From contig CM119371.1 of NCBI GenBank assembly GCA_051294905.1, positions 4,094,001-4,158,000 of the forward strand: 64,000 nucleotides of DNA, in the 5' to 3' direction. Positions 1 to 13,379 of the stretch are shown here, piece by piece. This DNA is from Botryllus schlosseri. Lineage: Eukaryota. The notes beneath the pieces were generated by a model that saw only the letters and a program-made list of their open reading frames with translations, had not been told where the DNA came from and did no database searches. How positions within the stretch are numbered: position 1 is the first letter of the stretch; each line of letters starts with the position of its first letter. A program made the position numbers and the translations under genes.

Positions 1-401
1 AGTACCTCGTCAGGCCACCAAAAACGTGGGTCTTGGGCTCCCATAGGGTGTAAAACGACCCCCCCCCCCCATCACGTTGTTCGCGTTTGTCACGAAATCA
101 TCTGTGCTTTATTGTGAGGCAGCGCGAAGCGCGAAAATTTTCGATAATTTATGATAAAATCGGTCAATCAGATCGGCGATTGCATATATATTATGCTATC
201 AATTTATTGTCCTCGCTACTCACGTAATTAGATTCACCGGTAGAGCCGAGTGAAGTGTCTTGAAAACGGGAGGGCCCGTAAATAATAATTAAACATCTTC
301 GGCGGGCGGACCCGTTGATATGACTTCGTTACATGCTATTTCGTGACTTCCAGTCTGATATAACAAAAAATATAGAATCGCCCAAACGTGAGCTTCTAAA
401 C

Positions 402-3400
402 CAGTGGTTCCCAAACTTTTTCGATGTGAGGGCCAAATTTAGAATTTCAGAGTACGGTCGGGGCCGCACGAATACTACGGCTATGAAACGGACCCAAACA
501 GTCATGATGGCTATTTCGGAGTAGTTTTATTGCCCTGGCGATATCTCAAAACTGTACACTATTTACCACTACTTATCTGCTGTATTGGGTGTCCGTTGAG
601 TGAATCAGCTTTTCTCGCTTAAACGCGCGAAGCGCGAGAAATTTCTTTAGTTTCATGACTGAATCGGTCAATATGATCGGGAATTGCATGTATTGCTATC
701 AATTTTCATCCTGTCTCTGTTCACGTAATCTGATTTACCGGTAGAGCTGAGTGCGGTGTGTTTGAAAAGGTATTGGCCACCTCAATAGTAATTAAACATC
801 TCTGGGGTATAGGCCGTTGGCAGGAACGTAACAGCACTTCGTCAGGACCCCGGGCTCCCATAGGGTGATAAACTGACCCCGCATCACGTTGTTCGCTTTT
901 GCCACGAAATTAAGTTGTACTGTTTAGTGAGACAGCGCGACGCGCGAATATTTCGATAATTCATGATAAAATCGGTGAATAAGATCAGGAATTGCATGGT
1001 CGTCTTCTTTGCCCACGTAATCAGATTTACCGGTAGAGCTGAGTGAGAGATGTATTTGAAACTGCAGGCAGACCCCGTAAAATTCTATCTTCGGGCGGGC
1101 TGACCCCTAGGTATGACTTCTTTACATGATGTTATTTCGTGACCTCCTGTTTGCTATATCAAAAATGTAGAATTGCCCAAACCTACTAAACTGAAAGATC
1201 ACACGATTTCAGATTGGTATTTCTTCGCTGGCATATAATTTTCTTTCCTGCGAGATGGTATTTGTCTTGTGAGGTTCGGATTGCCAAGACAAGAACATTC
1301 GGCGCCAGTCATTTAGGCGCCTATATGGACAATTAGACCTATATGTATTTTGTATACATAACGAAGTTTTTGGTCAGCATAAAAGCACTCCTCTACGGCC
1401 ATGGCTTTCTCGCTGCCGATCGTTCTGACACACTTCTTGGAGTCACATGTTACATGGCCTAAAACTTTATATGTCTTGGAACGTTGTGGTGCGGTCATGG
1501 CCAACGCTGATATGCCCATTTCTATAAATTTTGCGTTTTTTTCTTGGGGAAGAGTAGCCTACCCAATAATCAAGTTATGCGGCGAATTGAAATCGCGCAT
1601 AGCGCGAAAAATGTTCAAAAAATTCGCATAAATTTTCAAAAATTACTCTATAATTTATGCTAATTCACGAAATAATTTTAAGCCCGCTTCGAGCTCGGCC
1701 CCCCTCAATTGGGGGGTTTGGGGTGCGGCAGTTACGGCCGTGACTATAGGACTACCAATTATGCTGCTTTTATCCGGCTAAGCAGTATGCATCTCGGCGT
1801 ATTCAACCGTGAGTCACGTGTTCCACATCTAGTTATCATAGGATTACCATACGTCCTCTTTTAAGATGATTTGTCCTCTTTTTTGATTTTTTTTAAAGTG
1901 TCCTCGGAGGACACCCAAATGTCTTCTTTTTTGAGATTATGTCTTTTTTATTGAGGATTTTGGTTACATACAGGGCCGTAACTGCCGCACCCCAAACCCT
2001 CCAATTGGGGGGGGCCCGAGCTCGAAGGGGGCCCAAAATTATTTCATGAATTAGCATAAATTATAGAGTATTTTTGAAAATTTAAGCAACTTTATCAAAA
2101 ATTTTTCGCGCTGCGCGCGATTTCAAGTTGCCAAGTATCTTGAATATTGGGTACTCTTCCCACAAGAAAAAATACACAAGATTTAGAGAAATGGGCATAT
2201 CAGCGTCGGCCATTACCTTGCCATGATGCAGCAATACGTATAAAGTTTTAGGCCATGTAACATGCGACTGCAAGAAGTGTGCCAAAACGATTGGCAGCGA
2301 GAAAACCTTGGCCGAAAAGGACTGCCCTTATGCTTTGCACCGAAAACTTCGTTATATATACAAAATACATGTGGGTTTAATAGTCCATAGGCGACTTAAT
2401 GACTGGCACCTAAATGTTCCTGTCTGGACAATCTGAACCTCACAAGACAAATACCACCCGGAGGAAAAATTTAAATGCCAGTGAAGAAATACCAATTTGA
2501 AATCGTGAGATCTTTTAGTTTAGTACGTTTCGGCGATTGTATATTTTTGATATAGCAGACAGGAGGTCATAAAATAACATCATGTAACGAAGTCATACCA
2601 ACGGGTCCACCTGTCCGAAGGTGTTTAATTATTATTTACGGGCTCTACATTTTCCATGACAACACCTGACTCAGCTCTACCGGTAAATCTGATTACGTGA
2701 GCAACTGAGTGTAGAGGACAAGAAATGATAGCAATATATATGCAATTCCCGATCTTATTGACCGATTTTATCTTGAATTATCGAAAATTTTCGCGCTTGG
2801 CGCTGGCTTACTACGCAATACATCTATACTTTCGTGACAAAGTGAACTACGTGGTGGCGGCCTGGAGGGTCGGTTTGTCACCCTATGGGAGCCCAAGACT
2901 CCAGTTTTTTTGGGGCCCGACGAAGTGCTGTTTCGTTCCTGCCAACGGGTATACAATACATCCGGAGATGTTTATTTATTATTGAGTGGTCCTACCCTTT
3001 CAAACACACCTCACTCTGCTCTACCGGTAAATCTGATTACGTGAGCAGAGAAAGGATAAAAATTGATAGCAATATATATGCAATTCCTGATCATATTGCC
3101 CGATTCAGTCATGAATTATAGAAATGTTTCGCGTTTCGCGCGTTTAGGTGATAAAAAGTGACTCACTAAACGGACACCCAATATAGATGACAAGCAGCGG
3201 TAAACAACGCACAGCCTGAGGGGGGTCTGGGGGGCGAAGCCCCCCAGAAGTTAGGTTTATCCCCCTATGGGGGGCCCAGGACCAACGTTTTGGGGGGGGC
3301 CTGACGAAGTGCTGTTACGGCCCTGGTTACATATAGGGCCAAATTCGACTGATATTAAGTCAGCACTTTAGGAACGCTTCGGCGACTATTTCGGGATCTG

Positions 3401-3831
3401 GACCGGAAAGTTGACAATTTTTTTCAGTCAACCACCTGTTAATGTGAAAAAAACTGTATTTTCCGGGAGTTGAGCCTCTTTTTCTTTTTTAGTCAAGCGA
3501 CCACGAAGTGGAAAAAATTTATTATTTTTTCAGGATTTTCCTCCGGTTTTGAAAGTTATCAATACCTATTTATATCTATAGCTACTGCTCGTTCAACTGG
3601 AAAGTTAGTGCACTGCATTGAAACAGCAGTGACGTAACGTTAGCAGTCTATACTCACAACTTTCCTGCAATTCTATAATTAAAAACTACAGAGGCCAAGC
3701 CAAGCAAAAGCATATTATAAATATAAATTTTATTTTTTGTCATAAATCGATTTCTTAATATATTTTGGGGGCCGCACGAAGGCTATCTGGGGGCCGCATG
3801 CGGCCCTCGGGGCCGCCCTTGGGAATCACTG
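402..3831. mobile_element. Non-autonomous hAT (Charlie/Buster-like) element, enlarged by nested insertions
   Basis: TIRs CAGTGGTTCCCAA ... TTGGGAATCACTG; perfect 8-bp TSD TTCTAAAC at 394-401 and 3832-3839. It interrupts a copy of the family seen intact at 1971-3325. Confidence 0.8.
1971..3325. mobile_element. Non-autonomous hAT element (~1.35 kb)
   Basis: TIRs CAGGGCCGTAAC ... GTTACGGCCCTG; perfect 8-bp TSD GTTACATA. Opposite-orientation relatives at ~1-400, ~570-1740, ~3840-4340 and ~33150-33560. Confidence 0.85.
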
Positions 3832-4443
3832 TTCTAAACTAAAGAGACGCACACGATTTCAAATTGGTATTTCTTCACTGGCATAAAATGTTTACCAGCG
3901 GGATGGTATTTGTCTTGTGAGGTTCAGATTGCAAAGACAGCAACATTCGGCGCCAGTCATTTAGGCGCCTATGGACAATTAAGCCTATATGTATTTTGTA
4001 TATATAACGAAGTCTTCGGTCAGCATAAAGGCATAGACCTTTTCGGCCAAGCTTTTCTCGCTGCCGATCGTTCTGGCACACTTCTTGGAGTAGCGTGTTA
4101 TATGGCCAAAACTTTGATTGTATGTCTTGGTAGGTCGTGGCGCGGTAATGGCCCAATACCCAATAATAAAGACAAATGACCACTTGAATTCGCGCACGGC
4201 GCGAAAAAATTTTGAAAAAATTGCCTAAATTTTCAAAAAATACTCTATGATTTATGCTAATTCACGAAATAATTTTGGGCCCCCTTCGAGCTCGGGCCCC
4301 CCCAATTGGGGGGTTTGGGGTGCGGCAGTTACGGTGCTGCCTAGGAGAAGTAAAGAGGAGGCATGCGCACTGAATGAAAGTAAAGAAGATAGTATAGAAA
4401 AAGGAAGCGACAAGAAATAGGGCGGCATGTCATGGGAAGAGAG

Positions 4444-5366
4444 CAGTGTTGGGATGACTCGAGTCATGACTTGACTCGAGTCAGACTCGAGTCACCTTTT
4501 TCGCATGACTTGACTTGACTCGAGTCACTTTGCTAAAATGACTTGACTTGACTTGACTCGGCGTATCAAAAATGTGGATTGACTCGTGACTCGGAGCAAA
4601 ATCCACGAGTCAATTTCAAGTCATCAACTAATCGTTGTCGATAAAAATCACTGTATCTTGCTAATCTTGCATATGTTCGGATTGCTCGCGAAATGCTGGT
4701 TTAACCCGTGAGAGCGACCAATCACTCAATGATCGCGCCTTTTCATGAGCCTGCATTGTTCTCTCACAAGTAAACGACCACAAACTAAGTGATCTAAGCT
4801 TACAGCTTACGTTGTCGTAAAGTAGTAGTAACCAAACCTCTTGTCTGATTGATATTGAATTCGAATACTGTTCAACCATTGGCGCAGGCTTGAATTGTAT
4901 CATATCAATATGTAAATGGGTAATGTATTGCATCTTATCAATTAGTTTATCTATTCTCTATTTTGGCTGGTAATTATAAACTGAGGCTAAGCAATTACTT
5001 ACGTAGTTTAACAGTTCTATACGTATATATGAGCGATACATCGCCTTATTTGGTGTATATTTAACTCTATATTCGTTCATCGGTTCGGAATCAATGACCA
5101 CTCGAACTGTATTTCAGACAGCTAGCAAAATGCAATGACGTAATCATGCCTCATACTTCGAAAATGCAACTTGACTTGAATTGTGACTTGACTTGTGACT
5201 TGACTTGACTTGACTCGACTTGACTCGAGTCACCTCCAAAATTCGAGTGACTTGACTTGACTCGAGTCACCTTCGAAAATCGATTGACTTGACTTGACTC
5301 GAGTCAAAATGTGTAATGACTCGAAATGACTCGTGACTCGAAGGTAGTGACTTGATCCCAACACTG
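4444..5366. mobile_element. hAT MITE with (GACTT/GACTC)n subterminal arrays, copy 1
   Basis: TIR CAGTGTTGGGAT ... ATCCCAACACTG; perfect TSD GAAGAGAG. Confidence 0.9.
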
Positions 5367-5643
5367 GAAGAGAGATCGATAGGTCAGTCGTGGTCCGGTA
5401 ATCTTGAGGATGGACTGTATAGATTAGAAGTATAGATTACTAACCTCCGAAAGTTAGTAATCTATTGCAAAAGTATAATTCAGATTACTGTTATTAAAAA
5501 GAAGAAGCTATATACTTTATTACATAACCTTTTACCAGTGTCAAAGACTAATACCAATTATCCCACGCGACTTGTATTTCTCAATTTGCGAATTATCATC
5601 AAATTATCTCTCTGGACTAGACACCGAGAAATTAGGATGTTAC

Positions 5644-7753
5644 CATAGTGTCCTATATGGTGTCGAGACAAGCAAATCGCACGGTTCAATGAAATTGTAT
5701 TACGTCACAGTTTCCATTTGGCTACAGGCAATTTGACGGTGATTTTTGACCGGCTTGCCGAGCATTAAATTTGATGAATCGGATATCAATCGAAAGCTGA
5801 CTCTGCATTGATTACGAAAATATAAATTTTATTCCGCTCGCGGCCCTGGAACCCCCACAATCAGCCCCCAATTATTCATTGTCGAGTAGATTGGCAGTGT
5901 GACGCAACAATGCTGTCTGGCGAAACGAGAGACTAGTTCAAGAGCAAGGATGCGGCCGAGCGGCGAGAGTGGGATCAGCTGACGTCGCGGAAATAGCGAT
6001 GTGCAAACGCGCCACAGAGAAACGCTGCGCTGTTGATACTTTTTCTATACGTTTCGGTACAAGCGAGCACACACGAGCCTTTCCTTGACTTGTAAGGGTA
6101 GAACTGGGTCCACAGAATGTATTAGGGCCCTACCAATTTTCGCGCAATATCCTTCAGCTGATAGAGATATGTAGGCTACTTCTAAGTAGTCTACATTGGA
6201 TATGTCAGATTATTATGATATCGATTGCCTTAGCCCGCTTGTTGCGTAGGGCTCCAGAGATGCGTGGCGCTGTTGATACTTTTTCTATGCGCTTCGCTAA
6301 AAGCGAGCATACACCAGCATTTCATTGACTTGTAATGGTAGAACTGGGTCCACAGAATGTATTTGGTCCCTACCAATTTTCGCGCAATCCATCAGCTGTT
6401 AGAGATATTTCTAGTAAGAAAAATATACTTTCAAGTAATATTAAGATTCACTCAAGACAGCAAATTTAGATAATGTAAATATATCATATTGTAGTAATAC
6501 AACTACAGTGTTGAGTTTTCACTCTAGTCCCCATAAGCACCACGTCGGTGACCTTGCCAAATTCCGAGAAGGCGAAAAAGTGCAAACTCTGTTGGGCCGA
6601 ATGGACAATGGACATTAAGTTATTCACAGATGCGAAAAAAATACTGCAAATCCGTTTTACGTAAGTTACATTAGGAATATATATACAGGCTACAGAATGA
6701 ATATAATTCAAATATCTGTGATACCACTGTATTACTTTTGACGCAAAAGGTCCCCGGCATTCAAAAAAACTATTTGGTGATTGAAAAATGCTAAACCAAA
6801 TTCCAACGTCGACGTTTATAGTGATATCAGATATATTCCAGTGAAAAACAAAGGTATGAATTTGGTGGTAACATTTGGAATCATTTGGCAGGTATGGTCC
6901 GCAAGCTTTCTAGTAACGGATTGAATCCGGACAGCGATACCAGTTTAATTCGACACTCCTGCTGTTAAACTTTATTCAACAATCAACATTTTACCTGCTG
7001 CATTCGCGGACCAAGTCCTACCCATACGGATCAAATAAAAGCTTGTAATGTATGCTCATGCTCAATGCTCCTTGCTCACACTTAACCATAAAAGCGACTA
7101 TAGAAAGTATCGACACCCGCCATCAACAGCGCGACGTGTCTCTGGAGCCCTACGCAACAAGCGGGCTAAGGCAATCGATATCATAATAATCTGACATATC
7201 CAATGTAGACTACTTAGACGCAGCCCTATCTTTATCAGCTGAAGGATATTGCGCGAAATTTGGTAGGGCCCTAATACATTCTGTGGACCCAGTTCTACCC
7301 TTACAAGTCAAGGAAAGGCTGGTATGTGCTCGCTTTTACCGAAACGCATAGAAAAAGTATCAACAGCGCAGCGTTTCTCTGTGGCGCGTTTGCACATCGC
7401 TATTGCCGCGACGTCAGCTGATCCCACTCTCGCCGCTCGGCCGCATCCTTGCTCTTGAACTAGTCTCTCGTTTCGCCAGACAGCATTGTTGCGTCACACT
7501 GCCAATCTACTCGACAATGAATAATTGGGGGCTGATTGTGGGGGTTCCAGGGCCGCGAGCGGAATAAAATTTATATTTTCGTAATCAGTGCAGAGTCAGC
7601 TTTCGATTGATATCCGATTCATCAAATTTAATGCTCGGCAAGCCGGTCAAAAATCACCGTCAAATTGCCTGTAGCCAAATGGAAACTGTGACGTGATACA
7701 ATTTCATTGAACCGTGCGATTTGCTTGTGTCGACACCATAATAGGACACTATG
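5644..7753. mobile_element. Foldback element with ~630-bp TIRs (P/Galileo-like, non-autonomous)
   Basis: 5644-~6277 is a near-perfect reverse complement of ~7121-7753; termini CATAG...CTATG; 7-bp TSD ATGTTAC. Truncated relative starts at ~31713. Confidence 0.8.
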
Positions 7754-8768
7754 ATGTTACCGTCACCGCTCATGATCAGTTCCGCTATTATAATTCCATC
7801 TGTTTTTCCTGGGGACCTCAACGCTTGCGTAGCCGAGATGTTAGGGCTTGGAACCACTCTTTATTTCAAACTCAAATCACCGTTGTTTGAAATTCAGATT
7901 TTATCTCTAACATTTCGTAGCTGATGTACAATTGAGCAATTAGAAACGAACATGTATACGTGTGTTGGCCTCATCGCTTGACGAAATGAATCTCTCCTTC
8001 TCACAACGCCAAAAGTATAAATATGCCACCGGTTGTTCTCAATTAGCATTTTGAAACGGTGGCATAGTCAGTTTTGGTGAATGATAGAGACTTTTACTCA
8101 AAATATTAAACTTCCTTAATATTTATCCTACGGCAAGAGGTTGCCAGTATCAAAATACCTATCCTTTTAAGCAGTTACGCTGCTTACTCAAGCGACCCTG
8201 TAATAGACTACTACTAAACAGTTTTCCAGCAACACCACTTATTTGACGCACTTGGTATCTTGACAAGTAGCCTACAACGTATTTTTAAGATAAAATTATC
8301 TTGACAACTGGACGAAACACTCCTTTTACCACGGTAACTGAATATATCTCGCAACTATTTGACATTTTTGGTCATCCACGAAGATCCATCTTGTGAGTTG
8401 CGATTTCAAAAATAGACACTGCAGATAGAACTGCTTATAATTGACACCTCAGCCATATCAACTTTTTGAAACTTCAGTACTTTTAAGATCTTCGATTGTG
8501 CTTGCCTAATGAGATGTCTTCAAGATTACTAGTTCTACTCGTAATTCTGTGGAAATGTACCTCGTGATCTCAAAACGGGTAGCCAGGTCATGACCAGCCC
8601 TGCACGCCAAAAAACTGTAAGGTCGAAAACAAAGCCACGGCACAAATTCAATCCGACCCACGATCTCTTTGGATAAATACAATCAACTCATTTTACAAGA
8701 GAAAGGCGTCCCTTCAAAAGCTGCTATGGATATACAAGACACAACAATTCGAAGTCATTTAACACTAA

Positions 8769-9085
8769 GTCAATCAATCAATCAGGTTTATTAATATTTT
8801 CATCGTTTCAAAACATCACAAGACTGCGATGAAATGATAGGAAGGTGTCGAAACAACTTGGAGTAGCCATTAAGATCAGACACCCACCTTAGCCTAGGCG
8901 AAGTAAATAAGAGGCATGCACTACACACTGAATGAAAAGTAATGCAGAGAATATAAGACGCAAGCAACAAAATGGGGTGGCATGTGGCGGAGGGCGAGGT
9001 CGATGTTAGGTCGTGGTCCGGTAATCCTGAAGACTGGCTAGTATTGATTTAGAAAAAATTGCTTGTATTTCGACTTGAATGAATT
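8769..9085 (-). mobile_element. 3' end remnant of a LINE (L2/CR1-clade-like)
   Basis: Minus strand reads NSFKSKYKQFFLNQY* (resembles a LINE ORF2 end), then a 3' UTR with AATAAA and a (TGAT)n tail; related copies at ~32945-33080 and ~4340-4443/5375-5430. Confidence 0.5.
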
Positions 9086-9153
9086 ACATCACATCCACGC
9101 GCTACAGAATTGTAATATGGCAACGAACAATACATTTATGTTATGCATTAATT

Positions 9154-10018
9154 CAGGGGCGGGCAACTTCGCCAGTCGGCGGGCCGGATATAGGAAAATT
9201 AGGTACTTGGCGAGCCGGATTGCTGAATCGATGCATTATTCGCCCATTTATCAACATATACAATGAATAAATCGTATTTAATGAATGTATTTTAACGTCA
9301 GCAATGTCACTTCAAAGCCATTTCTCGCCGATAATGGCGAAGACAATGTGGACTTGAGAATAACATTGTTATAGGCGCTGCCATGTCTGCTTCTCTCTGA
9401 TCATTATCAATCAACACACGGTGCAATCCCTAATTAAGATTTCAAGGCGTTCGATAAGCCCGGTAACCCTGATTTACCAAGTTGACGAGTTCATTAGGGT
9501 TGAGTAGCCTACGTGACGAGATAGCGTCGTTGTTCAACTGTGTGGCCTAGTTAATCTCGATATTGAATTCATGCGGCCCGCGTCCTCTATATACGAAATT
9601 TGAAAAGTGGCCTGCGACCCGTCTATAGTTGGCGACCCCTGGCATAAGCGGTGCCTTACAAAAGCCTAGAAGTGTGCCGTGCTACAAGTCGGCGGTTACA
9701 GAATCTAAAATAAGAAATATCAGCCTTGTGTAAATGACCAATGACCATTGTAGTTAACAAAAATCATGATTACCACAGACGACATTAGGGTTGAGTGCAT
9801 CGTAAATGTCGATAATGCAAGTCTTCTCGCTTCGACGAACTTAGGCATAAGCTCCAGTCTCGCAACGCTGCGCGTGCGCACACACGTATAAAATGACATA
9901 CAGTCACTACAATTTGACGTAGTAAGCAAGTAGTTGGGAATCCCGGCAGACTGGGGCCGCGGGCCCATTATCATGTAAGACGGAAAACTGTCCGCGGGCC
10001 GTATGTTGCCCGCCCCTG
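9154..10018. mobile_element. hAT MITE
   Basis: TIR CAGGGGCGGGCAAC ... GTTGCCCGCCCCTG; perfect TSD CATTAATT; partial relative at ~25560-25790. Confidence 0.85.
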
Positions 10019-11319
10019 CATTAATTGATTCACTCTCAGCTCAAAAGAGAATCAGTTGAACAGCTTGGAGCGATTCCTTTTGCGAACAGAAATGTATTGC
10101 TCCGTGTATCAAGCGTGTCAGGAAAATTCTTCTAAAGTAGAGTCTTGACATGAGTCTTTCCAAGATACAATCTACGTATCGTGGGCGCGCGCCCCGATTA
10201 CGGTTGTATCGGTGTTTTTGTAGCAGTAACGGCAACAATCAGAGGACACAGGATCAGTGGTGTGGTCCTGCATGATAGAAATACATGGTCATTCGCTGTG
10301 GTGCTCAATACAGTCAGAGTTATCACTCAAGTAGAAGTAACTTCACACATTTGTACTCAATTACAAGTTGAAGAAGCGATTTCAAGGGCAGGTGAAAACT
10401 ACTCCCATTTCCACTTCGTAGTTTTCTGTTTCCGAAAACTTCATTTTTATTAATTCAGGCATCGCTACTTATATTCGAGTAGACATTTATGTCATTCTTT
10501 ATACTTCTACTTGAGTAGCAGTGATGATTGCTTTATCATTTCTGTTATTTGATTGATCGAAAAGTTGGAATGCAATGGGGTTCAACATCCCCGCTTTACA
10601 GTGATTTGCAATCGGAAATATTTGCAAATTTTCATTCTTGAAACATTTCCTTTACAAAATATAATCGTAACTCACAAAAGGCGCAGTCAATGTTAATGGT
10701 TGTTTACATGTAGCACGATGTCACTTGACCGAAATACTAACTCCGTTATATTTGGAAATCAAGATTTGAGGAATTATAATTATAACACGAATCTAGATTT
10801 GGATTTGATGTCATAAACATCTTCTGTGATTGGATAGGAAGAGATTCAAGGATCAGGAGAGGCAGATTTGCAGACTAGGACCACTTGAAAATTTTCAGCT
10901 TTATGAAATTATACTACGATTTCAATCACAGTACATCTACAAAGTCTTTTTTCCATATTGAAGTACAATTATAATGATAGCTGCTCAGTAGGGATGTTCA
11001 AAAAAAACTTTTTTCCAAATCTCACTCGCCTAATGACTAAATCGTCAAGTTGTGCAAGAAAACGATGCACACCAAATTTGACTCATTTCCAACCAGTATC
11101 GGCCGTGCAATCTTGAATTGAAATTTTTAAATTATTAAAAAAAATTGAAAAAATAAAAATTCTCAAATTTTTCTGTCAACCATATGAAATTGTTGAGCTG
11201 TCTTCAAAGACGATGCGAAACAAATTTGAGTCAATTCCGACTAGTAGAAGCAGAGTTATTCGAGTTTTCCGTTGATAATTCTCGGATTATCCGTGTTTGT
11301 GATGCTAACTGGGATATTG

Positions 11320-11364
11320 ATGATTGACATATTCTGTCCTTCTGGTGATCATCCGCGAGCAATG
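11320..11364 (-). pseudogene. PLK1: PLK1-like kinase exon fragment (copy D)
   Basis: After a TTCCAG acceptor it reads ALLADDHQKDRICQ, paralogous to the exon at 17653-17802. Confidence 0.55.
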
Positions 11365-11933
11365 CCTGGAATTTAGATACCGGGTAGTGGTTTCAGTTGC
11401 GGATTTTGAAAATTGACTATCTCTAGTTCTAGTTCTATTTGTGATTTTAAAATAATTTATGTTGCCGATCAAACTAAAAAACATGAGTCTTCATTTGTAG
11501 TGAAGCATAACATGATAGATGAACTTTCTTTCGAATTTGACCAGAATTACAATGATAGCTACTCAAGTCTTTCCAGATTAGATTCGAATTCTATTTACCA
11601 GATTCATCAAAGAAATAGTAGAAAAAGTTTACTTGATATCAATTTCCATTTTATTCTCATAAGAACGACAATTGCAAATTCATGTACACCAAGCTTGGCT
11701 CGTTTAGTACGATACAGTTCTCCTGTAGCAATTTGGGTAATACTAGAAATCAGATTGACATTGAAATGAGGACGTAAAAGCATTGTCAAATCGGATTAAC
11801 TAACTAGATTGATTATCGGTATTTGGCTCTAATTAGGCTAATTAGACAAGAATTATCTAGTTCTCCAAGTATGCTAGTAATGAGCATTACAGAGCTGATG
11901 CAATTGTGACCACATCATTATTAGAGACAGTAC

Positions 11934-12456
11934 TGGGGTTGCAACCAAGTCACAAGGTTCCAAGTCACAAGTCAATCTCACTTTTATAGCTTTGACTCGA
12001 GTCATTTTCAATTCCCCACCGAGTCAAGCCTGAGTCCAAGTCAGTGAGTGGAAGGTTGAGTCTGAGTCATGGTGTTATGATCCAAGACCCAGTCCAAGTC
12101 ATTGTGTTCACTCTTCAGTTTTGAGTTCAATCCGGTTCGACCCACTTTGTTCAACTCTGGTCTAGCGATATAGAATTGCTCGCATTCACAATATCGTGAT
12201 TTTCCTCAGCCCTTACAGTTTCTTGGCCTAATTTCCAAGTATCAGGACTTATAGACGAAATACCAATCATGTGGTGGCTGTACTAGCCTTCGAAGTTACA
12301 TTGAAATTTCGGTCTTGGCCGTCCTAGTCTCGAGTCATATGACTTGGTTCGAGTCATGCACAATTAATCGAGTACAAGTCGCGTCAGTACATGAATTGAC
12401 TCGAGTCAAGTCGGGTCACTAAAAATACCGACTATGATCGAGTCATTACAACCCTG
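11934..12456. mobile_element. hAT MITE (CAGGGTTGTAA family), older inverted copy
   Basis: Ends TTACAACCCTG; GACTC-rich; reverse-complement similarity to 35112-35705. Confidence 0.7.
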
Positions 12457-12488
12457 GATATTACAGTTTTAACAAGTTAATGTTTTAC

Positions 12489-12624
12489 CTTCTTTTGCAC
12501 TACTCGAGAACGATGTCAACAAAATCCTTGTCCAGGAAGAATATGTAAAATCCAACGACGTGTTTATGAACGAAACTGCAATGGAGGTGATCTCTTGACC
12601 TTTTGTCCTTCTGATGATCATTGC
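12489..12624 (-). pseudogene. PLK1: PLK1-like kinase exon (copy C), degenerate
   Basis: With indels reads ...HQKDK...HKHVVGFYIFFLDKDFVDIVLE*CKR followed by a GT donor; compare PLK1 [27 protein letters not shown]. Confidence 0.7.
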
Positions 12625-13379
12625 CTGAAATTGAGACTCGTGCAAATAAAAAATCCAGTTACGTTACGAGCAACTAACTACGCCATTCTCTGACTGTAGC
12701 TCTATTTGTAATTGTAGACTTGGAAACGCAAGTAATTCTAGATTCTTGTTGTGGCTACATATTTTGGAGAGAGTGATTCTATTGCCGCACAATTTGATAA
12801 TCCAGTATGTCGCCTTGCCGGCCAACCATGTACACCTAGGGTACAGAAAAAATGCATCAAGTTATCAAATGGGAAGTTTGTGGCTAGGACTAGACACAGC
12901 GATTCGGATATTCGAATCTCAGTTGAGTATTCTAATGATTGGAGTCGAGAAGTAAGACATGATTTTGTAGGTCTGAAATGATACGTTCGTTGCCATCAAG
13001 ATGAAATTTATCGAATTATAGTTTTGATATTATTTTCCGCTGTGGAACCCATGAAATATAGATTGGCCATATCGCACCATACGAAACATGTAGTACCAAG
13101 ATACGCACTTTAGTGGAAATGACATATATGTGAAGTCGTGATCAATACACAGCATTGTGACAAAATGCAATGAACTAGTTATGCATAAAAGTACCAAATT
13201 ATCCTTAAACTGATGTAGAACCGTCATAATATGCTTTGTGCTCGAGTAAAAGGTACGTAGTTGAACTTTCTACATATTTCATATTGAGTGAGCTCGGAAC
13301 GAATCAAAATACTCGATTTTGTCCAGACTTACTCATTCATTAAAGTCCCGCATAAATGTTATTATATATACTCAAAAAA

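Noticed and set aside
4444..5366. GACTT/GACTC and GACTCC arrays as CRISPR or telomeric repeats; GVGVG/ESES ORFs
   Set aside because: No repeat-spacer structure; the arrays are subterminal parts of TIR elements with TSDs.
8560..8740. Possible kinase remnant (RDLK, RPFKSC)
   Set aside because: Too short and degenerate to distinguish from chance.
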